Positions 23,155-33,729 of a DNA stretch of 64,000 nucleotides are shown here, piece by piece; within the stretch, counting starts at the first letter, position 1; every line of letters starts with the position of its first letter. Location: NCBI GenBank assembly GCA_019828565.1, contig JAHDYR010000012.1, positions 1,607,780-1,671,779 of the forward strand, read 5' to 3'. The position numbers and the translations under genes are program-made. Under the pieces are notes generated by a model that worked only from the letters and a program-made list of their open reading frames with translations, was not told where the DNA came from and did not search any database. The DNA comes from Carpediemonas membranifera BICM (Eukaryota > Protista > Fornicata).

Positions 23155-25797
23155 TTGGAGGCACAGGGCATCATCAGAGACGCCCACGGACACGTCGCCA
23201 GCCCAGTGGTCATCGTCGACCGCCGCTCAGATGCAACCACGCGCAAGCCGCTGAGACTCTGCTGCGACTACAGAGACATCAACAAGAACACGATCCCCGA
23301 CGCATTCCCCATGACGGACATCAAGCACCTCGTCCAAGATCTTGTCGGGTCGAGCTACTTCTTCACCATGGACTTACGACAGGGCTTCCATCAGATGCCC
23401 GTTAGACCCGATGATGTCTACCTCACCGCGTTCCGTGTGCCAGGCGCGTTCAAGGAGTATCTCTTCGCCCCCTTCGGGCTTCGTAACCTGCCGGCGCAGT
23501 TTCAGCGCGCCGTAGCCCAGACACTCAGGCCCGTCTACGACAACCGAGTCCGCAACTATATAGACGACATAATGGGAGGCGCGAGCACTCCTGAAGAGCT
23601 CCTAGCCACCATCAAGTCCACACTCAGCATCCTGAAGGACCACAACATCAGACTACGGCTTGAGAAGTGCCACTTCGGGTACAAGGAGGTACATGCGCTG
23701 GGTGAGATCATCTCATCGGAGGGCAGACGCCCCACACCCACACGCATCGCCGCAATCCGCGATCTACCGAGGCCGACTAATGTCCACGGGGTCCGCCAAG
23801 TGCTTGGTCACATCAACTATGTTGCTGAGTTCATACCGTCCAGCCAAGAGCTGCTCGAGCCCGTTAACGCGCTGCTCCGCAAGGACGCTACCGTCAAGTG
23901 GGGCCAGGCTCAGAAGGACGCGCTCGAGAAGGTTCTCCACGCACTTGCAGACGCGAAGACGCTCGCCATACCGGACATATCGCTCCCATGGAGGCTCGAG
24001 ACAGACGCCAGCCTCGTAGGCGCGGGTGGGATCCTGCTACAGCTAGAACAGGGCAGCTGGAGAGTCGTCAGTTATTTCAGCAAGGCGTTCTCGGACGTCC
24101 AGCGCAGATGGTCAACCTATGACCAAGAGCTCTTCGCTCTAGTCTACTGCCTGACAAGGCCAGACCTTCAGCCACTATTCATCGGACACCCGGACCTTAC
24201 AGTCAGGACCGACCACAAGAATTTAGTCGCATTACACGCAAAAGCGGCGACGAACCGAAAGCATCGCAGATGGCTCATGACGCTGCTTGAGTTCCACTTC
24301 ACTATTGAGCACCTCGCAGGGTCAGACAACGTCACGGCTGATTTCCTATCGCGATACCCGTTCGACGTTCCGACAGACATAGAGGAGGTCGCACTTGAGA
24401 CACTGCGTGAGACAGTCATAGCTGCGCAGAAGGACCACCCAGAGGAGAAGCCGTCAAAGCATTGCACAACTGACAACGACGGGATCATCCGCTACCGCGG
24501 CAGGATCTTCGTCCCGGCTGCATGCCGGCCCGCAGCCCTACGCGAGGGTCATCGTTTCCACATGGGCGTCAAGAAGTCCGCTCAGGCGATCAGGGACCGC
24601 GGCATGGACTGGCCTAACCTCGAGCAGAGCGTCAGTACAGCTATCGACTCATGTCTGATCTGCCAGAAGACCAGACTCAAGAACTTTCTGAAGGTGAAGA
24701 TAGGCACCACCACGAGCAACGCACCCTTCGCCAGGATCGCTGTCGACACGCTCGGGCCCATCAGTCAGGACACAGCCGGTAACCGTTACGTAGTCGTAGT
24801 CACCGACATGTTCACCAGGTTTACCGAGCTCATACCATCGCCTTCTAACAACGCCGACTCGGCCGCGGCGGCCATCTGGTCCATCATTTGCCGGCACGGG
24901 ATTCCAGAGGTCTTACACACTGACGGTGGACCGGAATATGCCAACAGAATCGTCACCGGTCTCATCGAGAGGCTCAACGCCAGCCACCACAAGACCACAC
25001 CCTTCCACCCACAGTCCAACGGGCTGGTCGAGCGGGTCAACAGAGAAATCAAACGTCACATGAGGGTACTAGCCCTCGAATTCGACAAGTTCTCCGAGTG
25101 GTCGACCCACATACTCCCCTATGTAGCCTGGATCCTCAACACCACGACACACTCAACGACAGGCTTCACCCCTATGGAGCTGCTTTACGGCACAGCGGCG
25201 GCCTCACGGCAGGTGATTCGCCCGAAAGACGCTTCGGACTACGCCGACAACAACCCCCTCCACTCAGTCGCAGAGTACCTCACCACGACCGACACTCTAC
25301 TCAGCAAGCTCGTTCGGTCCGCGCAACTTCACGAGAAGGCCAAGCGCCACCGTGAAGGGAGGGCAGAGGCTCCCACGAAGACCAAACTGAAGCCAGGAGA
25401 CTTCGTGCTTCGAAAGAATATTCAAGAGACCAAGCTCCACGGTCACGCAGGCCCATTCAAGGTCGTCACAGTGCACGATTACAATGCCGTCGTAACACCG
25501 CTCCTCGCCGACAAAGGGCAGTCAACACCGACACGACGGACAGTGCACCTGTCTCACCTTATACCTCTTAAGACGGATCTCAAAGAGAGCGAGCTCGCTT
25601 ACCTCGCTTCGAGCGACCAAGAAGAGTGGTTCGTAGATAAGATCGTGGGTCACACCCGCGACGGTTTACTCAAGGTCCGCTGGGTCGGGTCCGACGCGAT
25701 TACGACAGAGCCAGTCGAGGCGCTTGCACATACGCCGGCCGCCAAAGCTTACCTGACGAAGCACCCTCGGCTGCTCAGGGAGGGCAGTGTGGAGTAA
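23155..25797 (+). CDS. Element F RT-RNase H-integrase-chromodomain
   Basis: 880 aa with CDYRDIN, MDLRQGFHQ, YIDD, ETDAS, HHCC, VDTLG/TDGG/VERVN and chromodomain; stop lies in the 3' LTR. Confidence 0.95.
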   Translation: MEAQGIIRDAHGHVASPVVIVDRRSDATTRKPLRLCCDYRDINKNTIPDAFPMTDIKHLVQDLVGSSYFFTMDLRQGFHQMPVRPDDVYLTAFRVPGAFKEYLFAPFGLRNLPAQFQRAVAQTLRPVYDNRVRNYIDDIMGGASTPEELLATIKSTLSILKDHNIRLRLEKCHFGYKEVHALGEIISSEGRRPTPTRIAAIRDLPRPTNVHGVRQVLGHINYVAEFIPSSQELLEPVNALLRKDATVKWGQAQKDALEKVLHALADAKTLAIPDISLPWRLETDASLVGAGGILLQLEQGSWRVVSYFSKAFSDVQRRWSTYDQELFALVYCLTRPDLQPLFIGHPDLTVRTDHKNLVALHAKAATNRKHRRWLMTLLEFHFTIEHLAGSDNVTADFLSRYPFDVPTDIEEVALETLRETVIAAQKDHPEEKPSKHCTTDNDGIIRYRGRIFVPAACRPAALREGHRFHMGVKKSAQAIRDRGMDWPNLEQSVSTAIDSCLICQKTRLKNFLKVKIGTTTSNAPFARIAVDTLGPISQDTAGNRYVVVVTDMFTRFTELIPSPSNNADSAAAAIWSIICRHGIPEVLHTDGGPEYANRIVTGLIERLNASHHKTTPFHPQSNGLVERVNREIKRHMRVLALEFDKFSEWSTHILPYVAWILNTTTHSTTGFTPMELLYGTAAASRQVIRPKDASDYADNNPLHSVAEYLTTTDTLLSKLVRSAQLHEKAKRHREGRAEAPTKTKLKPGDFVLRKNIQETKLHGHAGPFKVVTVHDYNAVVTPLLADKGQSTPTRRTVHLSHLIPLKTDLKESELAYLASSDQEEWFVDKIVGHTRDGLLKVRWVGSDAITTEPVEALAHTPAAKAYLTKHPRLLREGSVE

Positions 25798-25837
25798 TCA
25801 ATTGATAAACACCTTTTTGCTTTAAGCCAACGCCACA

Positions 25838-26279
25838 CTTGGGTTGACAGCGGTCTGCCTCGTTCCTTTTGGCACTGTCCGCACTGTCGCACGAAGCTCT
25901 TCACGTCCTCTCCGATGTTGGGCCAGTTGCAGCCTGCCTGTCTCAGATTCCTCTCCGTGTCCGTGACGCCCACGTGCTCCAGTGTGTGGGCCTCCTTCAA
26001 CAGGGCCGCCTTGTGTTCTAGGCTTGGCGTCTCGCCTCCGGCGATGAACCGGATGGCCTTCTCAACGCCGTCCCGGTCCTGTTGGTTGATCTTTGGATCT
26101 ACAGCAACGTTTTCCTCGTCAGAGGCGTCGTCGCTGGTGTCATCGGAGTAGTAGACGGACTCATCGTCCATGGGCCTCGCGGCTTTGCGCCGCATTCGCT
26201 GGACCTTGCGCGTGATGGCTGGGCGCGAAAGTTGGTCCGCTACCACGTTGCTCTCGCCGGCCACATGATACACCTCGAG
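25838..26279 (-). mobile_element. Element H RNase H end and integrase zinc finger
   Basis: HVAGESNVVADQLSR, HTLEHVG..CGQC; joins 21456 across F and 37621 across the DNA transposon. Confidence 0.88.
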
Positions 26280-27239
26280 CATACTGTAAGAATGGCTAGA
26301 GTCTCCCGGGAGATACTCTGGAGATACTCATGTGTCAACGCTGGTCAAACCTCGCGATCCAGGCGATCTCAGACACCTCCAGAACATCTAGAAGGTAGTT
26401 ATAGAAGCATAAAAGACATGTCTGGCGTCTTGAAGTATCACATGGTGTCAGTGTTGATAAAAGAGGATAACGCATTTTATGTTGTAAATGTGAAGTGCTC
26501 GTTCGAACATGGGATCTTAACAGCGGTGTTTTATAGCTAATAGCAATGCCCTCTGAAGTTTTCAGCCTCCAGTATCTTCTACTTCCGTATGAATTAATGA
26601 TTGAATCAAGAGATTGAGAAAATGAAGACTTCCCCACAAAAACCAAACATGGGGGGATAATCCATGGGGGTCAAGTACTATCCGTACATACTCAGGTTCT
26701 GTGGGGAAGTCTTCATTTTCTCGCATTCGAAAAATCTGCAAAATTTTATCAACGATGAGATGGTCTTGGAAGATTGTGCTAACAACAGAGGTGTAACTAG
26801 ATCAACAAAGGATCATGGAACCCTTGGTTTGTCCTAACGCCCGAAACAGTGCCCAAAGAGCTCGTGACACAGGTGAACGCCAGAAAGAAATGAAGTTGCT
26901 CAGAGTGTACACCATATTGTCCTAGTTCCAATACTTTTTACCATTTTCTTCCAGCTGCTTTCGTTGGCGAGTTTCATTTTTTTCTTACCGTTACTTCCGC
27001 AGTATCTTGCAAGATTCAGGGGGAAATTCAAATTCACTTTTCCTTTGAGGGCAAAGCAGAATTGCGCAATAACGCATCAATGGGTATGAGAAGCATAGAA
27101 TACGTATAAAACTCAGTGTAGTTGCTGCTCACAACTTTTTGGAGGAAACAGAGCAGCGGAAGCCCCAAACCAAAAATCTTTCACAAACTCTTGTGAAACT
27201 TGTGAAATGTGAAAGTGACTTCAGCAAAAATTCCTGAGC

Positions 27240-29788
27240 ATGCACATTGTCATACAGACCTTCATTGGCACTGTCTACGACAATACTGGCCCTCCAAGGA
27301 CTGCAGAGCGTATGAACTACATTCTCGCTCATACATACCTCTCCCTTGTTGGTATTGGCGGAAATACACAGGATCGAGGCCGCCAGCGCCGAGAATTCCG
27401 TGAAATCATCTTGGAAATGGCTAACCAGGGCCTATTTGCGGACATGGAGGTCGATCCGAGATTTTTCGCCGACCCGCACGACTCTCGACCCTTCTTGCGT
27501 GCAGTACGTTCCCATAGAGGAGTCGCCCCGACCTTCGATGTCTTCGTACGTGACCACGCGCGTATTGCTGTCACCCACGAACGCTTGCGGAGACAGCACG
27601 AGGTCTCAACTGAGGAAACTGACAACTACAAGCAGATTTTGGAGCTTGTTTCTATCCTGATGTACATCAAGTCGGGTTGTAACGCAACCCATGAGCTCTT
27701 TAAGCTCATCCGTAGTCTTTCTGCGCGACTTCATATGCCAATCATCTCCAGCAAGGCTGCTGATATCTTCGTGAAGCAGTTGCAGGTCAATATCACCAAG
27801 ATCAACGGCCTGGTTGCAGCGCTGACTAGACCAGAGGTTGCTTTCTTGGGTCATCTCGTCCCTGTGGAGTCTGTCACAGTCAACACGACCTGGCGGTGGG
27901 GCAGAAATGGCACAAAGTCGAGACTCGAGTGCACCAATCGCCTAACGGTGGACGAGGGTGTCGATATCCAGCCCCTGACGGACGCGGAGAACGTCATTGA
28001 CTTCAAGTGGGAGAAGCCAATGCTTGATCTTCACTACGAGACGAGCGATGAGGCCACAAGTCATCGCCCTGAGCTCAAGCAGACCCAGGGAGTCACCCTC
28101 GGCAAGCGGCTCAACAGCTCCACATGGGACAAGGTTGATCGAGTCTGGTTTGATGCCGTTCGTTACCTCAAGCAAGCTGTTCGCCACCCGGAATGGCTCG
28201 AGTCGGACCAGCCCAACTACGTTCGATGCAAGAATGCCCTTGGCAACAGGGTTGGAGTCACGTTTAGCCCCATGAAGATCCTACTATGGCTTGACGGGTG
28301 GAAAGGGGGTTCTGCTGCCTTCAAGCTCCGCATCTACGACCCCACAGGCTTCACATTCCCCAACAAGATTACTCCACCTTTCCGTATAGTCGAGTATATG
28401 GGTAGCGAGGGTGATTTGTTGATGGAAGAGTCTCTTTCTCGCGTCGAGAAGGAGATTGAGCGCCTATACACGAGTCAGATACCCATCAGAGACACTGGTG
28501 AGGTCACGATCTTCGACCATGTCATCGTCATGGGCGATCATGCCGCCCTCCGCCACATGCTGTCCAGAAAGTCGGGCCGGCCCAACTATCCACACCCTTG
28601 CAACACGATTTACCACAAAAGTAAGGCGCTCCACCCGATAGCAGGCCGCCATCGTCTCACCATCAAGGACAACCTGGACGATAAGACAGCATACCAGGCT
28701 GAAGTCGACGACCCGAACCGAGTTCAAGATGTACTTGCAATCTATGGCGATTTCACCAATGAACGCATGGTATTCGAGAATTGTAGTGTCATCCCTCTTG
28801 AGAAGATCGTCATATGCCCTCCATTCATGCACGACTCGCACCGTTTACTCGAGCAGGTTGCCCATATCTGTGGTTCTTTCAAGAAGCATCCCACCACCCG
28901 CGGGTCCCGCGAGGAGATCATCCAGAATAAGCTCCTCAACCTCAAGCTTGGCCGTATGTCGTCCATGCGAAGCATCGATAGGACCGTAGGTTGTAACGAG
29001 CAGTCGTCCGCACGTGTAAGGATGGCTGCCACGACCAAGAGGACTACGTTGCTCTCCCTGAGTGCATTCAAGATATCATTCGGCTCATTGGCTACCTCCA
29101 GGCCATGTACTACTCGTCCGAACCTGTGACTGACGCGGCTGTCGCGTTTCACTTCATGGCTGCCGCAGTGGCCCACCTCATTCACGTCACGATTGCGTTC
29201 ATTCCTAACAAGGATAAGACTTCCATATCCCTGCTATCAAGCAGCGAAGCGAAGACGAAGGAGAAACCGTGCGCTGAGAACCTCTACAGCATCAGCAGAC
29301 TCACGACGCAGCCCCTGTGCCACAAGCATCTCAAGGTGCCGCTGTTCTATATCCTAGAGGAGTACTTTGAGCGAGAGTTCATCAAGAACCAGGAGGTAGC
29401 AGCCAAGTTGCACAGGAAGGCAGTCCTTGAGGGCATTTGCTTGATCGAGCAGACAACTCTCGCGTGTTCCTTCCTGACGGGCATGCGTTCTTTTGGTCGG
29501 CAGGACTACTCTGTCCCCCAGCTCCAGCGACTCAAGTGTGTGCGAGTTCACGACTGCTGTAAGGATGCGAAGCATTGGTTTGGTGTCCGCACACTGACCA
29601 CCGTGACCTTCGAGCCAACTCGTGAGATGATCCAGACCTTTCAGGAGACTGTTGATGAAGTGTGGGAGTTTGTAGAAGAGCATACGACGCTGACGTGGGG
29701 TGAGGAGGGCACGATGTCATGCAGTCTGGCGGACCATGGCATAGAGTTAGTTTGCTGCCTGTGTGGAGAGTGTAGCAGACAGAATTGA
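27240..29788 (+). CDS. Putative DDE transposase (ORFs 27240-29129 and 29105-29788, joined by a frameshift or intron near 29000)
   Basis: LLWLDG (D1), VMGDHAAL...YPHPC (D2), PPFMHD and LEEYFE (E) in RNase H-fold transposase order; Cys-rich tail; largest gene inside the TIRs. Confidence 0.72.
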
Positions 29789-30018
29789 GGCATCCGCGTG
29801 ATATAAAGTGATGTAAGATGGTTCCGTGATAAATTCATTCATTTTTCATATGTGCCACTTTTTTTCATGAATGGCACATTTCACATTTCGCAGGTTTCAC
29901 AAAAAGTTTGTGAAAATGAACCAAACGGGGAAAGAATCTTGGACAGAGGATACTCTTGCAGCCCATAAGGCTTATATACAGTACGTAAGACTTTCTGATA
30001 AGTCAGACATCATCCCCA

Positions 30019-30771
30019 GTGTCCGTACGTTTTTTTAAGCAGGACGTTGCCACGAGAGGAGTTGATGACATCGATCATCGCTTCTTCATGTTTGTTCACC
30101 CAGTGTTGCCCAGGTATTTACCCAGATTGGTTGCGATTCGTGACTGCAAGACTGATTCCATCATTTCGGCCTTGTTGCTCACGAAGGAGTCATACAACAC
30201 CGAAGCTACTGATGAAACCCCTTCCGAGCTGCGCCAGGACTTATATGTTGTGGTTATTCGCACGGCATTCTATGCCAGGGGCAATGGTCTCGCCACGATT
30301 CTTCTTTCGGTTGCCTCTGCCGGACAGAGGATCCGCCTGCAGTGTGTAAGTTCTCTTGTGCCAGCCTACCAGCGTATGGGGATGTCCATCTCCAAGCAAA
30401 AGTCCACGATGGAGTACCTGGATGATGCGAAACTGGTGACCATGGAGGCAACATACGGCCCGAACAAGTGGACGAAGCTCGGTGAGAGTCTCGTTGCTTG
30501 CCATGGATATGCCATGAAGTCCTGGAGGGCTCCCCGTCCGTCGACTACGGTACGGCTTTCACTTCTGTGGACCAGGTCCAGCCTCCCCCAAAGAGAACCC
30601 AAGCCACCCAACCCACCCCTGCCCACCAAGCCCTCGGACAAGCTCAACCGCTACATTAAGCGTCTGAGGAAGAGTGTTACCCCGCACCCGACGCGCAAGA
30701 AGCAACGTGAGATAATCATCGCCCTTTACGACAGCAACCGAAGGGATTTGGTCCAAAAAGATCGTGGATAA
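30019..30771 (+). CDS. GNAT-family acetyltransferase (transposon cargo)
   Basis: Acetyl-CoA motif A VIRTAFYARGNGLATILL and motif B LQCVSSLVPAYQRMGM; start and 3' part uncertain. Confidence 0.7.
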   Translation: MSVRFFKQDVATRGVDDIDHRFFMFVHPVLPRYLPRLVAIRDCKTDSIISALLLTKESYNTEATDETPSELRQDLYVVVIRTAFYARGNGLATILLSVASAGQRIRLQCVSSLVPAYQRMGMSISKQKSTMEYLDDAKLVTMEATYGPNKWTKLGESLVACHGYAMKSWRAPRPSTTVRLSLLWTRSSLPQREPKPPNPPLPTKPSDKLNRYIKRLRKSVTPHPTRKKQREIIIALYDSNRRDLVQKDRG

Positions 30772-30895
30772 GAGATCAAAAGATGCGTAAGGATTACCAG
30801 AAAGAGAACTATTTCGAGGAAGAGTGGTACCATCTGCTGTCTGAGAAGGAAGATGAGGAAGAGAATGAAGATTAAATGAAGAAGCAGTCGATTTA

Positions 30896-31465
30896 TTACT
30901 CATTTGAGTTGACGTTAGCTGCGTGGAAGAGCAGGAGGCTCGCGTAAACGGGTATACGCAGAACATCACGAGCCTCTGCAGCGGCACGGGCAGCGTTCCT
31001 CTTCTCAATCACAGCGGCGAGGTCCTTGAAGGTCTTCGAGTGCTTCTTGAGGACAAGCTGCGGACGCTCGAAGATGAGCTTAGAGTCCTTGCGGCACACA
31101 CTCTCCAGAAGGACCTCTCTGACCTTGTCGACAGAGATACCAAGCCTCTGGGCGACGAAGGCGTAAGCGCGGGGGCGGACCGACTGAGGGATGCCGTGGA
31201 ACAGCTCGCGGTACTCACGGACAGTTGCCAAGAGAGGGCTGCCATGGTCGACCTCATCTCCTTCGGCGTCCAGGCTGATGAGGGCCCTGAAGCGCTTCTC
31301 CTTGGCCTCAGAAGACTCGCCCTTGAACTGCGCCATGATCTTCTCGATGCTGTCGAGAGTACGGAACTCCGCTTCATCCCTAAGATCCTCCGGAACGAAT
31401 GTGGGGAGGTCATTGGGGCGTCTGTCAACCACCCTCATTGCAAATGCGGTTTCCTGTGGCGACAT
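30896..31465 (-). CDS. Hypothetical helical protein (transposon cargo)
   Basis: 189 aa ATG ORF with protein-like composition, AT-rich flanks; no recognised motif. Confidence 0.55.
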   Translation of the reverse strand: MSPQETAFAMRVVDRRPNDLPTFVPEDLRDEAEFRTLDSIEKIMAQFKGESSEAKEKRFRALISLDAEGDEVDHGSPLLATVREYRELFHGIPQSVRPRAYAFVAQRLGISVDKVREVLLESVCRKDSKLIFERPQLVLKKHSKTFKDLAAVIEKRNAARAAAEARDVLRIPVYASLLLFHAANVNSNE

Positions 31466-32282
31466 CGGCAGCGGAGATGCTTCCAGCAGCGTGCTCCTTC
31501 TCTAAGTAAGTAGAAATCATCTCCACAGCGTTTAGACGCTTTCTGCCCTTGCTCTTAGCAGAATTACTCCGTTTCGGAGGCATAACGTTTCTTCAAGGTG
31601 CACTTTATGCTCGCAACGAAATTAGAAAACCAAACGAAGAAAGGAGAAGAGTATCGATCCTCAAACGCTGGCAAGCATGTGTATATCACTAAAACAACAT
31701 CATGAGAGCTCTGTGGCCTCGAATGGCCTGTAATAGAACCTAAACAACATCAACAATTGTAACTCGTCGAGGAAGCGTTGAGATGAACTATAAACGCGGG
31801 AATGGATCAAACAATGGATTTAAGAGTGGCATACAAGGCCAGAATACCGCAATTATCGTCCGTTGATCCACGTGACCTCCATCTTGGTCGGTATCCAGAG
31901 AAAGCCCTTCAGACGCTCGCAACACAACATTTAGAAGACTTATCGTGAATGGCTCCTTCCATGATGGACCTTCACCTGGACATGCCATCTCTGACATGTC
32001 CAATGGTCTCCATTGAGCTCGCATTCATCCCTCTGAGCATCCGCCCCATGGTCCAATCAGATGCCCAATCAAAATTCTGCACCGAAGTGCCCCGAGGACC
32101 TCCTCTGAGTTCATAAGGCTCTCAGAGCCTTATACACCAATTCGAAATCGTGTATAAGGCTCTCAGAGCCTAATGAATCTCCCGCGCGCCGTTGCCTACT
32201 GATACTGGTCATTTTTCCGCATGGTTTATTAGGCTCTCAGAGCCTTATGAATTTTTCATTAGGTCCTGAGAGCCTTATAATC

Positions 32283-32718
32283 ATGCAATCGGTTTTCGAC
32301 TTCTACATGCTCTTGAAGCGTTCGAAAACGTTTGGTAAGCAGTTCTTTATCTTCTATGACAGCGCTGAGATCAGTCAGGCCTCATCAAACGCGCAGGAGA
32401 TGATCAAGTGCTCACTTCTTCGTAAGTTCCTTCTGCCCGATGACAAGATCCTCACCGCCCTTCTTCGTGATCGTAAGTACTTTCCCCATACCTTTTTACA
32501 CAGATATTGGCTGGAAAACGCTTCGCAAGCTCTTCAGGTCGCCTCACCTTATCCTGCACCTAAGAGAAACTGCCGAGGCTCAGCTTGAGCTGATCACGAC
32601 ATCGGCTGAGCTGAAGAAGGTCATGGGAGATCATGCCTACGACAGCCTTGTCCAGAAGGTCCGCCGAGAAGTGTCTTCGGATCACGAGCACGACGTTGGA
32701 GGTAAGTACTCCAAATAA
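32283..32718 (+). pseudogene. Frameshifted or intron-split hypothetical ORF (cargo)
   Basis: Overlapping ORFs 32247-32588 and 32440-32718 with coding-like composition. Confidence 0.35.
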
Positions 32719-32759
32719 CTCCTGCTTATTCAGTCCTTTCGCTGCTCCGTGAGCGCATA

Positions 32760-33656
32760 ATGCGCAAGGTGAAGCCAGGAAGGTCGGGGGTCGTCCGTTC
32801 GTTCAAGAACAACGCCGAGCCTGAGCTGTCGGACCCGGTCGACGTGCAGTTCGACCGGATAAGGCACCTGGACGCGCTTCTGATGGACTCTCCCGTCCAC
32901 AGAAGTACCCTGAGTGGCACATCGCGCCTCCTGCGCCGCCATCTTGCCGTGGAACACAACGGTGCGATCCGTGATTTGAAGAGGGAGCTTTGGCGAGCCC
33001 GGGCCAAGATTGAAAAGCTCGAGACGGAGAAGCTTGTGCCCTTGAAGAAGGAGGCTGAGGTCATAGACCTGGATCGGGAGGCTTTGGTGGCCGCAGACCC
33101 CAAAGATGACGTCCAGACCATCATGGAGAAGACCGCTAAGAAGTTTAAGAACGATACAAGCTCTCTGAAGCGGTCTGAGGTGCCTGGGGATGGCTCATGC
33201 ATTCTCAGCGCCATGCATCTCATCAGGACTGGGTCCCAGCCTACTGTTGGTGAGAAGCTTCAGCTGTACGAGGACATCCGATCCTTCTGTGAGGGCAAGG
33301 GGTTCGAGGGCGACCCGTTCTCTGAGATGCCTGGCTCTCCTTTCCCCTGGGCAGACCATGAGGCCATCCAGGCCAGTGTAGAGCTGAGTCACACTCCGGT
33401 AATCATCACCCAGATCGACGAGGACCTTACCTGCCTCTGGGTCCACAAAGATTGGGAAGATTCAGAGTTCTTGCCCATCCAGGATGCGACGCTGGACAAG
33501 ATCTTAGGTCTTTGTGAGAGCATGAAGCTCACTCAGTTCATCGTCATCGAGAATCGTCATGCCTGTGTCTACAGTCTTCCGGACCGCAAGCGCAAGGCAG
33601 CTGCCGCAGAGCCCGAGAAGCGTGCTACTCGTCCGGAGGATGTCACCCGCTCATAA
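32760..33656 (+). CDS. OTU-domain cysteine protease/deubiquitinase with N-terminal coiled coil (cargo)
   Basis: VPGDGSCILSA (catalytic D..C), WADHEAIQA, ENRHAC (catalytic His). Confidence 0.82.
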   Translation: MRKVKPGRSGVVRSFKNNAEPELSDPVDVQFDRIRHLDALLMDSPVHRSTLSGTSRLLRRHLAVEHNGAIRDLKRELWRARAKIEKLETEKLVPLKKEAEVIDLDREALVAADPKDDVQTIMEKTAKKFKNDTSSLKRSEVPGDGSCILSAMHLIRTGSQPTVGEKLQLYEDIRSFCEGKGFEGDPFSEMPGSPFPWADHEAIQASVELSHTPVIITQIDEDLTCLWVHKDWEDSEFLPIQDATLDKILGLCESMKLTQFIVIENRHACVYSLPDRKRKAAAAEPEKRATRPEDVTRS

Positions 33657-33729
33657 ATGATTGATTGAATTGATATCTCTTCAAGTTTATTCACTCTTGC
33701 CTTGAGTCATGCGCGCAGTGTGGAAGCGC

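Larger units (their letters stand above)
13861..23451. repeat. Tandem duplication of a ~4795 bp unit (13861-18656 and 18657-23451)
   Basis: Near-identical sequence and ORF tracks offset by ~4795; junction gcgttc|agtccctc at ~18657; the differences I found are 1 bp indels. Confidence 0.95.
21461..25837 (+). mobile_element. Complete Gypsy element F (4377 bp, protease deleted) with identical 50 bp LTRs, inserted in H
   Basis: LTRs 21461-21510 and 25788-25837; 4 bp TSD cttg (21457-21460, 25838-25841); PPT agggagggcag; palindrome cagtgaattcactg at 21509-21522. Confidence 0.97.

Noticed and set aside
4161-25837. Short recurring TG..CA segments as CRISPR repeats or integron-like cassette sites
   Set aside because: They are kilobases apart, differ by family, and have PPTs and TSDs, so they are LTRs. 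No cas genes or integron integrase are present.
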